From the IMG/VR virus record IMGVR_UViG_3300021185_002017: DNA of 64,000 bases. One strand, 5' to 3'. The translations under genes were made by a program, and so were the position numbers. This DNA is from a virus (lineage: Duplodnaviria; Caudoviricetes). The first letter of the stretch is position 1. Every line of letters starts with the position of its first letter. Of the stretch, positions 36,444 through 46,432 are shown one piece after another. The notes below the pieces were generated by a model, which worked only from the letters and a program-made list of their open reading frames with translations, searched no databases and had not been told where the DNA came from.

Positions 36444-39400
36444 TTATACTAATATTTCGATAACACCAGGTTGTGCATCAGTTTTTGTTTCTAATGCTCT
36501 ACCGATTATCTGTAAAGGACTTAGTGTTTGAGGATTAGCTGCAACCATTGCATGTCCTGGTAAGTTACTTGTAATTAACACATCACCTTTGTTTACATTA
36601 CCTGTAACTTTACAAGGTATTCTTCCACGCAATGCTACTGCAACTACATGTTCGCCTTCGCAATGTGAATTCATTAAATGTGCTGGGTTTGTACTTACAA
36701 CGCCAACTGCTTTGTAACTACCTGGGTCTTCTGTAGTACTTACTTCGTGTTCACCGCCAATTATTAATACAGTACCTGGATCATAATTTGCATCTGCTAC
36801 ATAATTCTCAGCCAAGTCAGCGTATCTTGCTGAAGTTGCTGTTGCTGTAATAACACCTGCACTAAAGTTACCCGAGCTATCTCTAGCAACTACTTTACTT
36901 CCTGTATTGGCCGATGTAGCATCAACTGAAACAGTATCTGCCGCTACAGTTATATATGAACCTGCGCCTACATTTAATGTTGCGCCTCCACTAGTAGCAC
37001 CACCTGTTAGACCTGAGCCTGCTGTTACGGCTGTAATATCACCAACTGTTGTTGAATAACCATAACTTAAAATTTTATCTTCAATGGCCGCTGAGGTCAT
37101 TAATGATGTATCGTTGTTTGCAAAACTTTCTGAGCTTAGTTGTAATGTACTTCCTGCAAAATGAGAAGTTGTTAATCCGCTAACTGCTAGTGAAACTGTA
37201 CCTGATGTACCGCCTCCACTTAAACCAGTGCCTGCTGTAACACCTGTTACATAACCAGTATCTGTTAAACTAATAGCACCTGTGCTATTGTCGTATGTAA
37301 TACCAGTTCCACCACTTAAAGCACTTCTGGCTCTTGCGTTTGTAAAGTATAAGTTACTTGAACCTTCTGATAAATCATCTGTATCAGCTGCCGCTATCCT
37401 GGCATCTGCTCTAGCATTTGTATAATAAAGGTTACTTGAACCTTCTGATAAATCATCTGTGTCGGCTGCTGTTATTCTAGCGTCTACTCTTGCATCTGTA
37501 TAATAAAGGTTACTGCCTTCTGAAATATGTGCTGTGGTACTTGGTATGCTAAACACACCTGTGCTTTCAGTATAACCTGCTGTACCGAGTGTTGCACTTA
37601 CTGCCTCTCTTGCTCTTTGATCTGTATAATACTGATTTGAACTACCTTCTGATAAATCGTCTGTATCTTTAGAACTTAAATCTAGTGAACCGCCTATAAC
37701 ACCGAGAACAGATGAATCAACGTATGCTTTAATACTTTGTTGTGTTGCTAAGTGTGTTGCACTAGCAGACACCATGTTGTCTTCGTCTTTAATAGCACTA
37801 CCACTTACTCCAGTGTCTAGAACAGCACTTGTAAGTGTTTTATTTGTAAATGTTTGCGTACCTGTTAATGTAGCAACTGTTGAATCAATAGAGATATCAT
37901 TTGCACTAGCAGTAATACCTGTGCCTCCAACAACATTTAATGTAACTGCACCTGCTGTGCCACCACCTGTTAAGCCGTCACCTGCACCAACTGCTGTAAT
38001 GTCAGCTGCATTTGTGTTAGCAATTGAAATTGTTGTACCTGAGTTACTAATTGCAATACCTGCACCTGCAGCAAATGTTACCAAGTCACCACTTTCGACA
38101 ACTACATTTCCTGTTGTAGGTGTTACAAATTTCCAAGCATTATAATTATCTGCTGTAGATGTAAATGCACCAGTACTGCTGTTATAACTTAGTTCAGTAC
38201 CACTTGCACTAAACTCTGATCTAATTTGACTTTGCGATACGCCTGAGTAACTAAACTGCCCTGTTGAACTATTGTAACTAAATGTTCCGTCACCTGCATT
38301 ATCTATAGCACTAAATGCTCCACGGATTGCACTAATGTCACCATCTATTGTGATTACATTTCCTGATTCCGTTGCATTAGTATATGTGCCACCGTCTATA
38401 CTTCTAATACCTGCGTATGTTGTTGCACCGTCAACTCTGTCACCTGCGTAAATGTTTGTACCTGTATTACCTACATCTTCTAATGCTCCAACATCAACTG
38501 CTGGAGTAATTTCTCTTGCTTGTCCGTCTACATAAATGTATGCTTTAGCAAGAGTACTATCATGATATATTGCACCCGATACTGTTGATGAACTGCTTGG
38601 TGTTACTAATTCTCCAGTAAATGATGTTCTATCGGAAATGTTTTGATCGCCCGATGTTCTTACAACTGTGTTATCGACTTCTATGTCATTTGCATTAGCA
38701 GTAATACCGTCACCGCCAACAACATTAAATGTTCTACTAGCGGTAATATCTCCGCCGCCGGTTAAACCAGCACCTGCTGTTAGTGTTACACCTGAGTGAG
38801 CAACATGTTCATCTGCTACAAATCCACTTAAATTGTCGTGTACTATATCTGAATCTGTTGTAGTAATCACTCCAGCATTAATTCCGATACCTGTTCCGCC
38901 ACTAAAGTGAGCTCTAACATTATCTGCTGAATTATCTATCCTTGCTTGTACTTCTGACAGGCTTGGTCCGTTGTATGTAAATACTCCATTGCTATAAGCA
39001 AATGATCCATCGCCACCGATGTCTGATGCACTAAACAAGTTTTTAATGTAAGTATCATCAGTTGAGAATGTTCTATCAGCAGTTAAGTTGCCGCCTCCGT
39101 TGAGACCTGTTCCTGCTGTTAATGTTCTGCCTTGTAGTGTTGATATGTTGGCAGTATTGTTTGTTACTACTGCACCAACATTGTCTGCATTACCTAATGC
39201 TGTTGCTAATTCGTTTAATGTATCAAGTGAGCCATCTGCTCCGTCTACTAAACTTGTAATTGCTGCTTCTACATATTCTGTAGTAGCCGCTATGTTGTTG
39301 CCACCTGTACCAGCAACATAACTTCCGCCACTGTTAGTAGGCTTAATACTTGTTTGACTAGGAAGTGTTACAGCACTACTAAATGTTTTTGCACCTGCAA

Positions 39401-40616
39401 TAGTTTGTGTGCCACTTGTTCTAACAACTGTGTTATCAACTTGTATATCATTTGCATTTGCAGTAATACCATCGCCACCGATAACATTAAATGTTCTACT
39501 AGTAGTAATGTCACCACCACCTGTTAAACCTGATCCTGCTGTTAGTGTAACTCCACTGTGAGCAATATGTTCGTCTGCAACAAAGCCGTCTAAACTATCG
39601 TGCTGTATTTGACTTTCGACTGCTTCGTAAACACCAGTACTGCTGTTGTAAGTAACACCGTTACCTGCACTAAAGTGAGCTCTTACTTCACTTGCACTTG
39701 GACCGGTGTATGTAAATGTACCAAGTCCGCTGTTATAAACTAATGAACCATCACCACCTGCATCTACTACACTAAAGTGGGCTCTTACTTCTACTGCACT
39801 TGGTCCTGTGTAAGTAAATACGCCATTGCTATATGATAGGCTTCCGTCGCCTCCTGTATCAGTTACACTTAAATAATTTTCTATATCCGATTCTACTGCA
39901 CTTTGGAAATCATTAACTTGTGAGTGCGGTATTGATATGTTTTGATTTGCTGCTGTTGTTATTTGTCCTTGAGCATTTACAGTAAATGTAGGTATTGCTG
40001 TAGCACTACCATAACTGTTTGCACTAACACCACTGTTAGTAATGCTTATTGCACCACTGCTTAAAGTAATTCCTGTGCTACCACTGAAATGAGCTCTAAC
40101 ATTATCTGCTGAATTATCTATTCTTGCTTGTACTTCTGCTAAACTAGGACCGGTGTATGTAATTACACCATTTGCATAACTTAAACTTCCGTCACCGCCT
40201 GTATCAGTTACACTAATTGCCGCTCTTGCTCTAGCATCAGTGTAGTATAAATTTGAACCTTCTGATAAATTTGTTGTACTATGATTACTAATACTACTAA
40301 CGGTACCTGTAACATCACCAGTTACATCACCCACGATGTCTGTTGTTAAGGAAGGACTTGCTCCAGTGAAAAGAATATCTTTGTCGATTGAGATTTTACC
40401 ACTGCTGTGATCGTACTGTATAGATGCTTCCGTTGTGTTACTTTTTAAAATAAGTTTTGATGCTACATCGTCGCCGTCAGCATTTACAACAAGTTCGTCT
40501 GATTCTAACCTGTTAACTAATTGTGTTGATTCTACTTGGGTAACATTACCTGTAACGGTAAGTTTACCTAGAACCAGTAACTCTTCATCTGCTGCTATAA
40601 CTGTGCGTTTTGACAT
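36444..40616 (-). CDS. Long tail fibre protein with internal repeats and C-terminal peptidase G2-like chaperone
   Basis: Same repeat families and ARYADLAENY C-terminus as 30654-33887; start moved to MSKRT at 40616 because the track start (40661) overlaps GATAAATA at 40652-40659. Confidence 0.85.
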   Translation of the reverse strand: MSKRTVIAADEELLVLGKLTVTGNVTQVESTQLVNRLESDELVVNADGDDVASKLILKSNTTEASIQYDHSSGKISIDKDILFTGASPSLTTDIVGDVTGDVTGTVSSISNHSTTNLSEGSNLYYTDARARAAISVTDTGGDGSLSYANGVITYTGPSLAEVQARIDNSADNVRAHFSGSTGITLSSGAISITNSGVSANSYGSATAIPTFTVNAQGQITTAANQNISIPHSQVNDFQSAVESDIENYLSVTDTGGDGSLSYSNGVFTYTGPSAVEVRAHFSVVDAGGDGSLVYNSGLGTFTYTGPSASEVRAHFSAGNGVTYNSSTGVYEAVESQIQHDSLDGFVADEHIAHSGVTLTAGSGLTGGGDITTSRTFNVIGGDGITANANDIQVDNTVVRTSGTQTIAGAKTFSSAVTLPSQTSIKPTNSGGSYVAGTGGNNIAATTEYVEAAITSLVDGADGSLDTLNELATALGNADNVGAVVTNNTANISTLQGRTLTAGTGLNGGGNLTADRTFSTDDTYIKNLFSASDIGGDGSFAYSNGVFTYNGPSLSEVQARIDNSADNVRAHFSGGTGIGINAGVITTTDSDIVHDNLSGFVADEHVAHSGVTLTAGAGLTGGGDITASRTFNVVGGDGITANANDIEVDNTVVRTSGDQNISDRTSFTGELVTPSSSSTVSGAIYHDSTLAKAYIYVDGQAREITPAVDVGALEDVGNTGTNIYAGDRVDGATTYAGIRSIDGGTYTNATESGNVITIDGDISAIRGAFSAIDNAGDGTFSYNSSTGQFSYSGVSQSQIRSEFSASGTELSYNSSTGAFTSTADNYNAWKFVTPTTGNVVVESGDLVTFAAGAGIAISNSGTTISIANTNAADITAVGAGDGLTGGGTAGAVTLNVVGGTGITASANDISIDSTVATLTGTQTFTNKTLTSAVLDTGVSGSAIKDEDNMVSASATHLATQQSIKAYVDSSVLGVIGGSLDLSSKDTDDLSEGSSNQYYTDQRAREAVSATLGTAGYTESTGVFSIPSTTAHISEGSNLYYTDARVDARITAADTDDLSEGSSNLYYTNARADARIAAADTDDLSEGSSNLYFTNARARSALSGGTGITYDNSTGAISLTDTGYVTGVTAGTGLSGGGTSGTVSLAVSGLTTSHFAGSTLQLSSESFANNDTSLMTSAAIEDKILSYGYSTTVGDITAVTAGSGLTGGATSGGATLNVGAGSYITVAADTVSVDATSANTGSKVVARDSSGNFSAGVITATATSARYADLAENYVADANYDPGTVLIIGGEHEVSTTEDPGSYKAVGVVSTNPAHLMNSHCEGEHVVAVALRGRIPCKVTGNVNKGDVLITSNLPGHAMVAANPQTLSPLQIIGRALETKTDAQPGVIEILV

Positions 40617-40693
40617 TTTTAAATAATCCCTACTGTAAACAATATAATAACTATTTATCAAGAAAGATAAAATATGTTATTATGAACGCATAG

Positions 40694-40729
40694 CCAAAAA
40701 AATACCCCTCTGCTTTCGCTTTGGGGTAT
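40694..40729 (-). terminator. Rho-independent terminator
   Basis: Minus strand ATACCCC-AAA-GC-GAAA-GC-AGA-GGGGTAT followed by T-run, after the porin gene. Confidence 0.65.
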
Positions 40730-40748
40730 ATTTCAAAGTATTTCTACT

Positions 40749-41396
40749 TTATAGTGTTTTCCACACTGAGAAGATAAAAGAATCCTCATCAGAGAGTAAA
40801 CTGCCATCATCAGCAGTAAAGTCAACATAAGAAACTTTACCTGTTAATCCACCAACTGGTAGATCAAAAGTTTTACTTATTTCTATGTTGTCTCCAACAC
40901 CATCACTCATGCCGTAAGCGATGTCTACAACTTCTAAACCAGAATATCCTATTCTAGTATAGTCATTATAGTTATCGTTGCCCATTACATGTGCAAAACT
41001 AAAGTCTTTCACATCAAGGCTTACAAACGTTTCAGATCCATTTAGACTTGAATCGCCTGCGTATGTATAATCAGCAAAGCCTACTTTAACAGACACAGAG
41101 TCACTAAGGTCTCTTCCGTATGCTAAGTATGAGTAAACTTCAGCATCAGCATCACTGCCTGCAAAGTCTACTTGGCCAACCCAAACACCTGCTTCAACTC
41201 CGTTTTCAAGATCTAAACCAATAGATCCAAAAGCAGAACTTCCGCCGTCAGTTTGAGAGATTCCACGAAACACATAGTCACTTCCGTAACCAACAGTTCC
41301 GTCCCATTTTGCCGCATTGGCATTGAACGCAATCATTGACAATAGTATAATTACTAATGCTTTGAATCCGTTCTCTATATTGAATAAAGTTTTCAT
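40749..41396 (-). CDS. TorF-like (Gcw_chp / TIGR02001-type) outer membrane protein
   Basis: Signal peptide ANA, then SDYVFRGISQTDG..A..G..D signature and alternating beta-strand pattern; GGAGGA RBS. Confidence 0.85.
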   Translation of the reverse strand: MKTLFNIENGFKALVIILLSMIAFNANAAKWDGTVGYGSDYVFRGISQTDGGSSAFGSIGLDLENGVEAGVWVGQVDFAGSDADAEVYSYLAYGRDLSDSVSVKVGFADYTYAGDSSLNGSETFVSLDVKDFSFAHVMGNDNYNDYTRIGYSGLEVVDIAYGMSDGVGDNIEISKTFDLPVGGLTGKVSYVDFTADDGSLLSDEDSFIFSVWKTL

Positions 41397-41472
41397 TTAT
41401 TCCTCCTTTTTTCTACCGGGGCTTCTAAGTAGAGACAGAATTGTCCTACCTTTTGTCCACGGCATAGTTACT

Positions 41473-41501
41473 ATTATACAGAAAAACCTGCATGATGTCA
41501 A
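41473..41501 (-). promoter_or_regulatory. Consensus sigma70 promoter for the porin gene
   Basis: Minus strand TTGACA-17 nt-TATAAT, a perfect consensus. Confidence 0.8.
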
Positions 41502-41598
41502 GTGTTTGTAGGTATTATTTAATTCGGTTTTTTAGGGTAAAAAAGTGCCTGTTAAGTTCTCGCCGTGTTTAATCACAGCAATAACATAGATACTCAAA

Positions 41599-42309
41599 CT
41601 ATTGTAAAATAGACGAAATCCTGTCGTAAAGGTCTTTGTGTGCTTCTGCACCTGGGTGGCAACCATCTGGAAATAAGTTGCTAGATTGCATATTAGAAAT
41701 AACTGCTTCTGCTAGAGTAATATGTTTGGAAAGATTATCGGCTCTAACATCTAAATCTAGTAGAGAAGGCACAGCACTGCTAAGATGATCTGTGGCTTTC
41801 ATTGCTAATAATTCTGCTCTCCAATCTGGTACACAATAATGTACCTGTAGATATGAGTTCAACGCAAATGGATCTAACGGTGCTGCACCGCCAATTGCAA
41901 TTAGTTTAGCATTAGGAATTTTTTGTAGTATATTGTTTATACCATTGTATGTGAGATGTCTCAATTCACTTAATTGACTATAGAGTAATGTAGCATCAAC
42001 TTTATCTCTGTCTCTAAGTAAACTTGTACACATCCAAATAATATAATCTATGTTAGTGTCTTGTTGTAATGTTAATTCTGTGTACTCTTCTGATGCTAGT
42101 TGTAAGTCGCATACAGTGTTTCCATCTAAAAGACTTTCAGCACGATCAATTGCTTGTAAGTTACTACTGCCATTTACAGAAACATTGTATACATTGTGCC
42201 CTGCATTTGCTAACAATCTCGATAAATGATGATTACCATTTGCTGTACCTTCTGCTACCATAGGCCAATCTGGTACACCGTAACTATCACCTAACATTAA
42301 TATATTCAT
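41599..42309 (-). CDS. SGNH/GDSL hydrolase-like protein
   Basis: LGDSYG (S), SVNGSSN, C-terminal DGCHP (DxxH); AATAAATA late-type motif at 42315-42322. Confidence 0.7.
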   Translation of the reverse strand: MNILMLGDSYGVPDWPMVAEGTANGNHHLSRLLANAGHNVYNVSVNGSSNLQAIDRAESLLDGNTVCDLQLASEEYTELTLQQDTNIDYIIWMCTSLLRDRDKVDATLLYSQLSELRHLTYNGINNILQKIPNAKLIAIGGAAPLDPFALNSYLQVHYCVPDWRAELLAMKATDHLSSAVPSLLDLDVRADNLSKHITLAEAVISNMQSSNLFPDGCHPGAEAHKDLYDRISSILQ

Positions 42310-42328
42310 AACTGTATTTATTTAAGTC

Positions 42329-42357
42329 AAAAAAAAGCACACTAAAAAGTGTGCTTT
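42329..42357 (-). terminator. Rho-independent terminator after the capsid gene
   Basis: AAAGCACACT/AGTGTGCTTT stem with T-run on the minus strand. Confidence 0.8.
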
Positions 42358-42384
42358 CTCTTATTCTTATAAGTCTGTTAAGGC

Positions 42385-43524
42385 TTACTGGAATGCTACG
42401 TTTGACAATGAAATTGCATCAACGTAGTCTGCTGCGTTACCCAAAGATGAAGCAGTGTTTGTTAGTTCTTTATAACCATAACGTGTCATAAAGCTAACTA
42501 CTGGTTCAAATGTGCTTGGATCCATAACTGGACCTGTGCTCATTAATGGGATATATGGGCAGTAGAATGCTGGAGCATCTGATTCGCTTGAACCTTTGTA
42601 ACCAACAAGTACTTTAGTACCGTCAGCTGCGTAGTTGTCTACGAATACTTTGATTGTTCCGTTTAATGTTCCAACAAACTTAGTGTTTGTAGGAGCGTCA
42701 AAAGAACCTTCAGTTGTTCTTGCGAACGTTGAAGTTGATGCACTTTGCAAGATTGTTAACGCTTCTGGAGATACTACAATGTAGTTACCTGCACCACGTC
42801 TTGTTCTTGCTGCGATTCTGTTAGCTGCTCTATTGATTTCAATAGCCAATGCTGCGTGTCTGTCACCAACGTATACTGATTGTCCACTTAAAGAACTAAA
42901 GTCTAAAGTAGTACCAGCACCTGCTAATGAACGTAATGAACCGATAATTTCTTGGTCGATTTCAACTACGATTTCTTGTGCTAAAGCCTGCATAATTTCA
43001 GCTTCAACATCAACACCGTGCATTGATTCTGCATCTTGAGCTGCCTCAAAAGTCCAACGAGCTGATAAACGTCTAGTTTTAGCTTCTACTGTTTCTTTTA
43101 AGATCTGAATGCTCATTTTCTTACCTGGGTTTCCTTCAGCTGCTGCTGTAGCATCTGGAGAACCTGCGTAAGTTGAAGCAAGTTTGAAAGGACTTAAAGC
43201 CTCATCACCTGCTGTTGCCCCACCTGCAGTTTCCGCATAACGGACTCTTAGTGTGTGGATTTGGCCAACTGGACCAGTCATTGGTTGAACACCGACTAGC
43301 TCGTTAGCTATTACTGAAGGCATAACCCTTCTGATTAAAGGTAACATTACCTTGTTTAAAGTTGCGACTGAACCTGCACCTGTAGCACCTGTAGTTGCGG
43401 CCTCTGACAAATAGCGTTTTGTATTTTCGAGGACCACATCCAATGAAGATTTTCTGTTTCCAGAAACACCTTCGAGCAATGCTTCTTTGGTTGCGGACCA
43501 GTTGCTTTCAAATAAATTTGCCAT
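42385..43524 (-). CDS. gp23: Major capsid protein (gp23-like)
   Basis: PLIRRVMP..IA.ELVGVQPMTGPVGQI..LR, TVEAKTRRL.A.WT.EAAQD, E..IDQEII, FYCPYIPL, F.TRYG motifs. Confidence 0.95.
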   Translation of the reverse strand: MANLFESNWSATKEALLEGVSGNRKSSLDVVLENTKRYLSEAATTGATGAGSVATLNKVMLPLIRRVMPSVIANELVGVQPMTGPVGQIHTLRVRYAETAGGATAGDEALSPFKLASTYAGSPDATAAAEGNPGKKMSIQILKETVEAKTRRLSARWTFEAAQDAESMHGVDVEAEIMQALAQEIVVEIDQEIIGSLRSLAGAGTTLDFSSLSGQSVYVGDRHAALAIEINRAANRIAARTRRGAGNYIVVSPEALTILQSASTSTFARTTEGSFDAPTNTKFVGTLNGTIKVFVDNYAADGTKVLVGYKGSSESDAPAFYCPYIPLMSTGPVMDPSTFEPVVSFMTRYGYKELTNTASSLGNAADYVDAISLSNVAFQ

Positions 43525-43539
43525 TATTAATTACTCCTG

Positions 43540-44649
43540 TTATTTTGAAAGTCCGGCTAGTTTTTTAATGTAATCTAATTCAACTACATTATCTGTTTCG
43601 TCATCAGAAGCTGCTTTCACAGTTTCTTTGTTACCAGTGTGTTCTTTAATCACTGATTCAGACAATGTCTTCTTAACTCTAGGTGTTTCGCCATCTAAAA
43701 CGCTAGGTAAGTACTTGTTAAAAGCACTTTCTAGTTTTTCAGTGGTAACACTTTCAAGTAGATCTGACATAATTTCTTTCTTCTCTTTGCCAAGTGGCGC
43801 CATTAGTTCGTTAAGTGTCTCTTTACGAGTATAACGATCTTCTGCTATTTTTAACTTGCTTTCAGTAAGTTTAGATGCTTCTTGCGATGCTTCTATAGTT
43901 GCTGTTGCTTCGTTAATCTTAGTTTCCATCTCAGCGAGTGTTCTCTGTAATGTCTTAATTTCTTTGCTTTCGTTTAAGTACGATGTGTTGTACTCGTTAG
44001 CGAAAGATTCAAAAATTCGACGTCCAAAGTCATTTTCACGAGCTTTAGTGATGTCATTACGGAAAGATTTAACTTCTTCAGTGATAACTGTGTTGATTTT
44101 ATTCTCAACCAAGTCAGCTGCTTTAGAAATGAAAGCCTTCTTAGCATTCGCTAATTGTGCTTTACCTTCTCTTACCATTTTAACTTTTTGCTCTACTAAT
44201 GATTTCTTATCTTCGTGGAACTCAGCAATTTCAGTTGCTAAAGATTCTGTAATAAACTCATCAAGTTTAGTAACATGTTCTGCTACTCTTGATTTGTCTG
44301 CTCTTAGTTCTTTAACTTCTTTTGCTAAGTTTTCAGTTACGAAAGAATTTAATAGTTTAGCGTGTTCACTAATGGCTTTGTGATATTTGACTCTGTCTTC
44401 CGCCAATGCACCTTTTTCTTCTGCAATTTCTGCCACTTCTGCTGTAACCTTATCAGTGATAAAGTTATCAACTGCTTCAACGATCTTGCTCTTATCGTGC
44501 TCGTATCGTTGTGCAAACTCCTCACGAAGTTCTGCAGTAAGTGATTCTCTTGCTTCAAGTACTTTGGCTTCCCATGCTTCTTGTAGAGATTCTTTAACTT
44601 CAGAAGTTAAATCTGTCCCTTCAATTAGGTCTTTAAATGTCACTGCCAT
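43540..44649 (-). CDS. gp22: Prohead core scaffolding protein (gp22-like)
   Basis: Long coiled-coil E/K-rich protein between protease and capsid genes. Confidence 0.75.
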   Translation of the reverse strand: MAVTFKDLIEGTDLTSEVKESLQEAWEAKVLEARESLTAELREEFAQRYEHDKSKIVEAVDNFITDKVTAEVAEIAEEKGALAEDRVKYHKAISEHAKLLNSFVTENLAKEVKELRADKSRVAEHVTKLDEFITESLATEIAEFHEDKKSLVEQKVKMVREGKAQLANAKKAFISKAADLVENKINTVITEEVKSFRNDITKARENDFGRRIFESFANEYNTSYLNESKEIKTLQRTLAEMETKINEATATIEASQEASKLTESKLKIAEDRYTRKETLNELMAPLGKEKKEIMSDLLESVTTEKLESAFNKYLPSVLDGETPRVKKTLSESVIKEHTGNKETVKAASDDETDNVVELDYIKKLAGLSK

Positions 44650-44668
44650 AGTAGTCTCCTACTTCCTG

Positions 44669-45295
44669 TTATATTTTTAATTCTTTGATAAGTTTGTGAA
44701 TCTCACCTACCAAATGTTTTTCTGCACTCATGTCGTGTGTAACTTGTCCGGCTAATTCGTGCAACATTGCACCGCCTTTCATGTTAAATAGACTCTCATA
44801 GATAGTCTTAGGATAAGCATCCGGTGCACTAGGCTGGGCCACAATGTCGACTGTTATAATATCAAAGTCAGATACTTTACCTGACTCATTTACATTACCA
44901 CTGCCTCTACTGCTCACGCCTAGCTTCGCACCTGCTTTTAACAATGCTTTCGCTATGTTACCCATCGGTGTATCTATGATTTTTAATTTGCCTAGTCCAT
45001 TAGCGTCATCACAATGCATTTCTGTAATGATATGACTTACTCTATCTAAGTTAATTTGTAACTCTTCTGGGTGATCTAACTCGCCCATTACAGTTTCACC
45101 TTCACCTAAACGGTTACGAACACTCTCTACAGCACGTTGGATCTCATCTTTAGGATATACTCTTCCATTTTGATTTTTTACATCGCCTTGAATGAATAAT
45201 CCTTGCATGAAAAGGTCTTTACCGTCTTGTGACTCCATAATCTGCACATTAGCAGCACTTGGACTCAAATATTCGTATAGCTTTCTGGATTGCAT
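44669..45295 (-). CDS. gp21: Prohead core protease (gp21-like)
   Basis: G.FIQGDVKNQNGRVYP, GELDHP, LGVSSRG.G, D.VAQPSAP.AY motifs. Confidence 0.95.
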   Translation of the reverse strand: MQSRKLYEYLSPSAANVQIMESQDGKDLFMQGLFIQGDVKNQNGRVYPKDEIQRAVESVRNRLGEGETVMGELDHPEELQINLDRVSHIITEMHCDDANGLGKLKIIDTPMGNIAKALLKAGAKLGVSSRGSGNVNESGKVSDFDIITVDIVAQPSAPDAYPKTIYESLFNMKGGAMLHELAGQVTHDMSAEKHLVGEIHKLIKELKI

Positions 45296-45313
45296 CTTAA
45301 TTTATTCTCCTAC

Positions 45314-46075
45314 TTACGCCTTTTTAGGCTCAACTTTAATGTTGTCTGTAGGTGTGTGATCTTTTGCACTTTCGCCTTTAACACCTTCGCTACCGTCTTT
45401 TGCTTTTACTGGTGAACCAGCGCCTGCTACTTTAGTTGCTTTTGGTGCTTTAGTTAAAGGTGACTCGGATGAATCTGCTTCGCCTGCTTTAGGTGCTGCA
45501 ACATTATCAGATAACTTAGTTGCTTCTTCAACAACTTCGTCTTCTTCTTCAATTGCTTCTTCTTCAGATTCTTCAACTGCTTCTTCGTCATCTTCAGTTG
45601 CTTCATCTAAATCATACTCAACACTTTCAAGATCAAGTTCTGCTTCTTCTTCGTCGCCTAACTCAGCTTCTGGCTCATCACCAGCTGCCATTAATGCGTC
45701 AAATTCTGCTTTTAATGATTCTAATTCGTCTGCGATATCTTCGACTTTGTCTTCTAGGTCTTCTTCACCTTCTGACTCATCTTCACCTTCTTCGTCTGAC
45801 TCTTCGTCACCGAAAGGCATTTCTTCGCTTTCTTCGTCGTCGTCTTCGCCGATTTCATCTGCTTGGACTTCGTCTTCGTCTGAAGTAATATCATCTTCAA
45901 AGTCATTACTTTGATCGATAACTTCAGTCACTTCTTCTTCCTCTACCTCTTCATCAAGAAGGCTTTCATATTGCTCACGGGCTTTGTCTACGACATACTC
46001 GTGTAACAACTCTTCGGCTTTCTCATTTTCTTCAGCAAGGAGAAGTTCTAATATTGATTCTAACTTCTTAGACAT
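45314..46075 (-). CDS. Highly acidic prohead core/internal protein
   Basis: D/E-rich 253 aa protein between portal and protease (the T4 gp67/gp68 position). Confidence 0.6.
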   Translation of the reverse strand: MSKKLESILELLLAEENEKAEELLHEYVVDKAREQYESLLDEEVEEEEVTEVIDQSNDFEDDITSDEDEVQADEIGEDDDEESEEMPFGDEESDEEGEDESEGEEDLEDKVEDIADELESLKAEFDALMAAGDEPEAELGDEEEAELDLESVEYDLDEATEDDEEAVEESEEEAIEEEDEVVEEATKLSDNVAAPKAGEADSSESPLTKAPKATKVAGAGSPVKAKDGSEGVKGESAKDHTPTDNIKVEPKKA

Positions 46076-46231
46076 TGTGGCCTCCTTAATTGTTTATAAT
46101 GCAAACTTACGCCAATAAGAATTGCATGATTACCATTTACTTATAGCAATCTATTAAATTTGTGTTATAATGGTGTTTTTTTGGTACCAAAACAGTCATA
46201 TAATGACTTTTCTGGTCAAATGTGGGTGTGA

Positions 46232-46432
46232 TTACAACGTTGGCTCTTCGCCACCTGCTTTGTACATAACTTTTACAAACTTTGTATGTTCTATGTCTTC
46301 TGCTCTGCTGATTTCTCTAACTTTTCTTAACTTGTTTAATTCTTTAAGTGTTAGTTTAGATTTTCTAGTATCCTCTTCGGCTCGTAAAGTTTCTTGGTCT
46401 CTACTAGGTTCGTAAAATTCATTAATTTTCAT
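46232..46432 (-). CDS. Small hypothetical head-region protein
   Basis: 66 aa coupled to the portal stop (TAATG); DTRK.KLTL..LNKLRK motif. Confidence 0.7.
   Translation of the reverse strand: MKINEFYEPSRDQETLRAEEDTRKSKLTLKELNKLRKVREISRAEDIEHTKFVKVMYKAGGEEPTL

Noticed and set aside
45314-46075. Low-complexity GAA/GAC-rich DNA as a tandem repeat element
   Set aside because: Explained by the D/E-rich coding of the acidic prohead protein.
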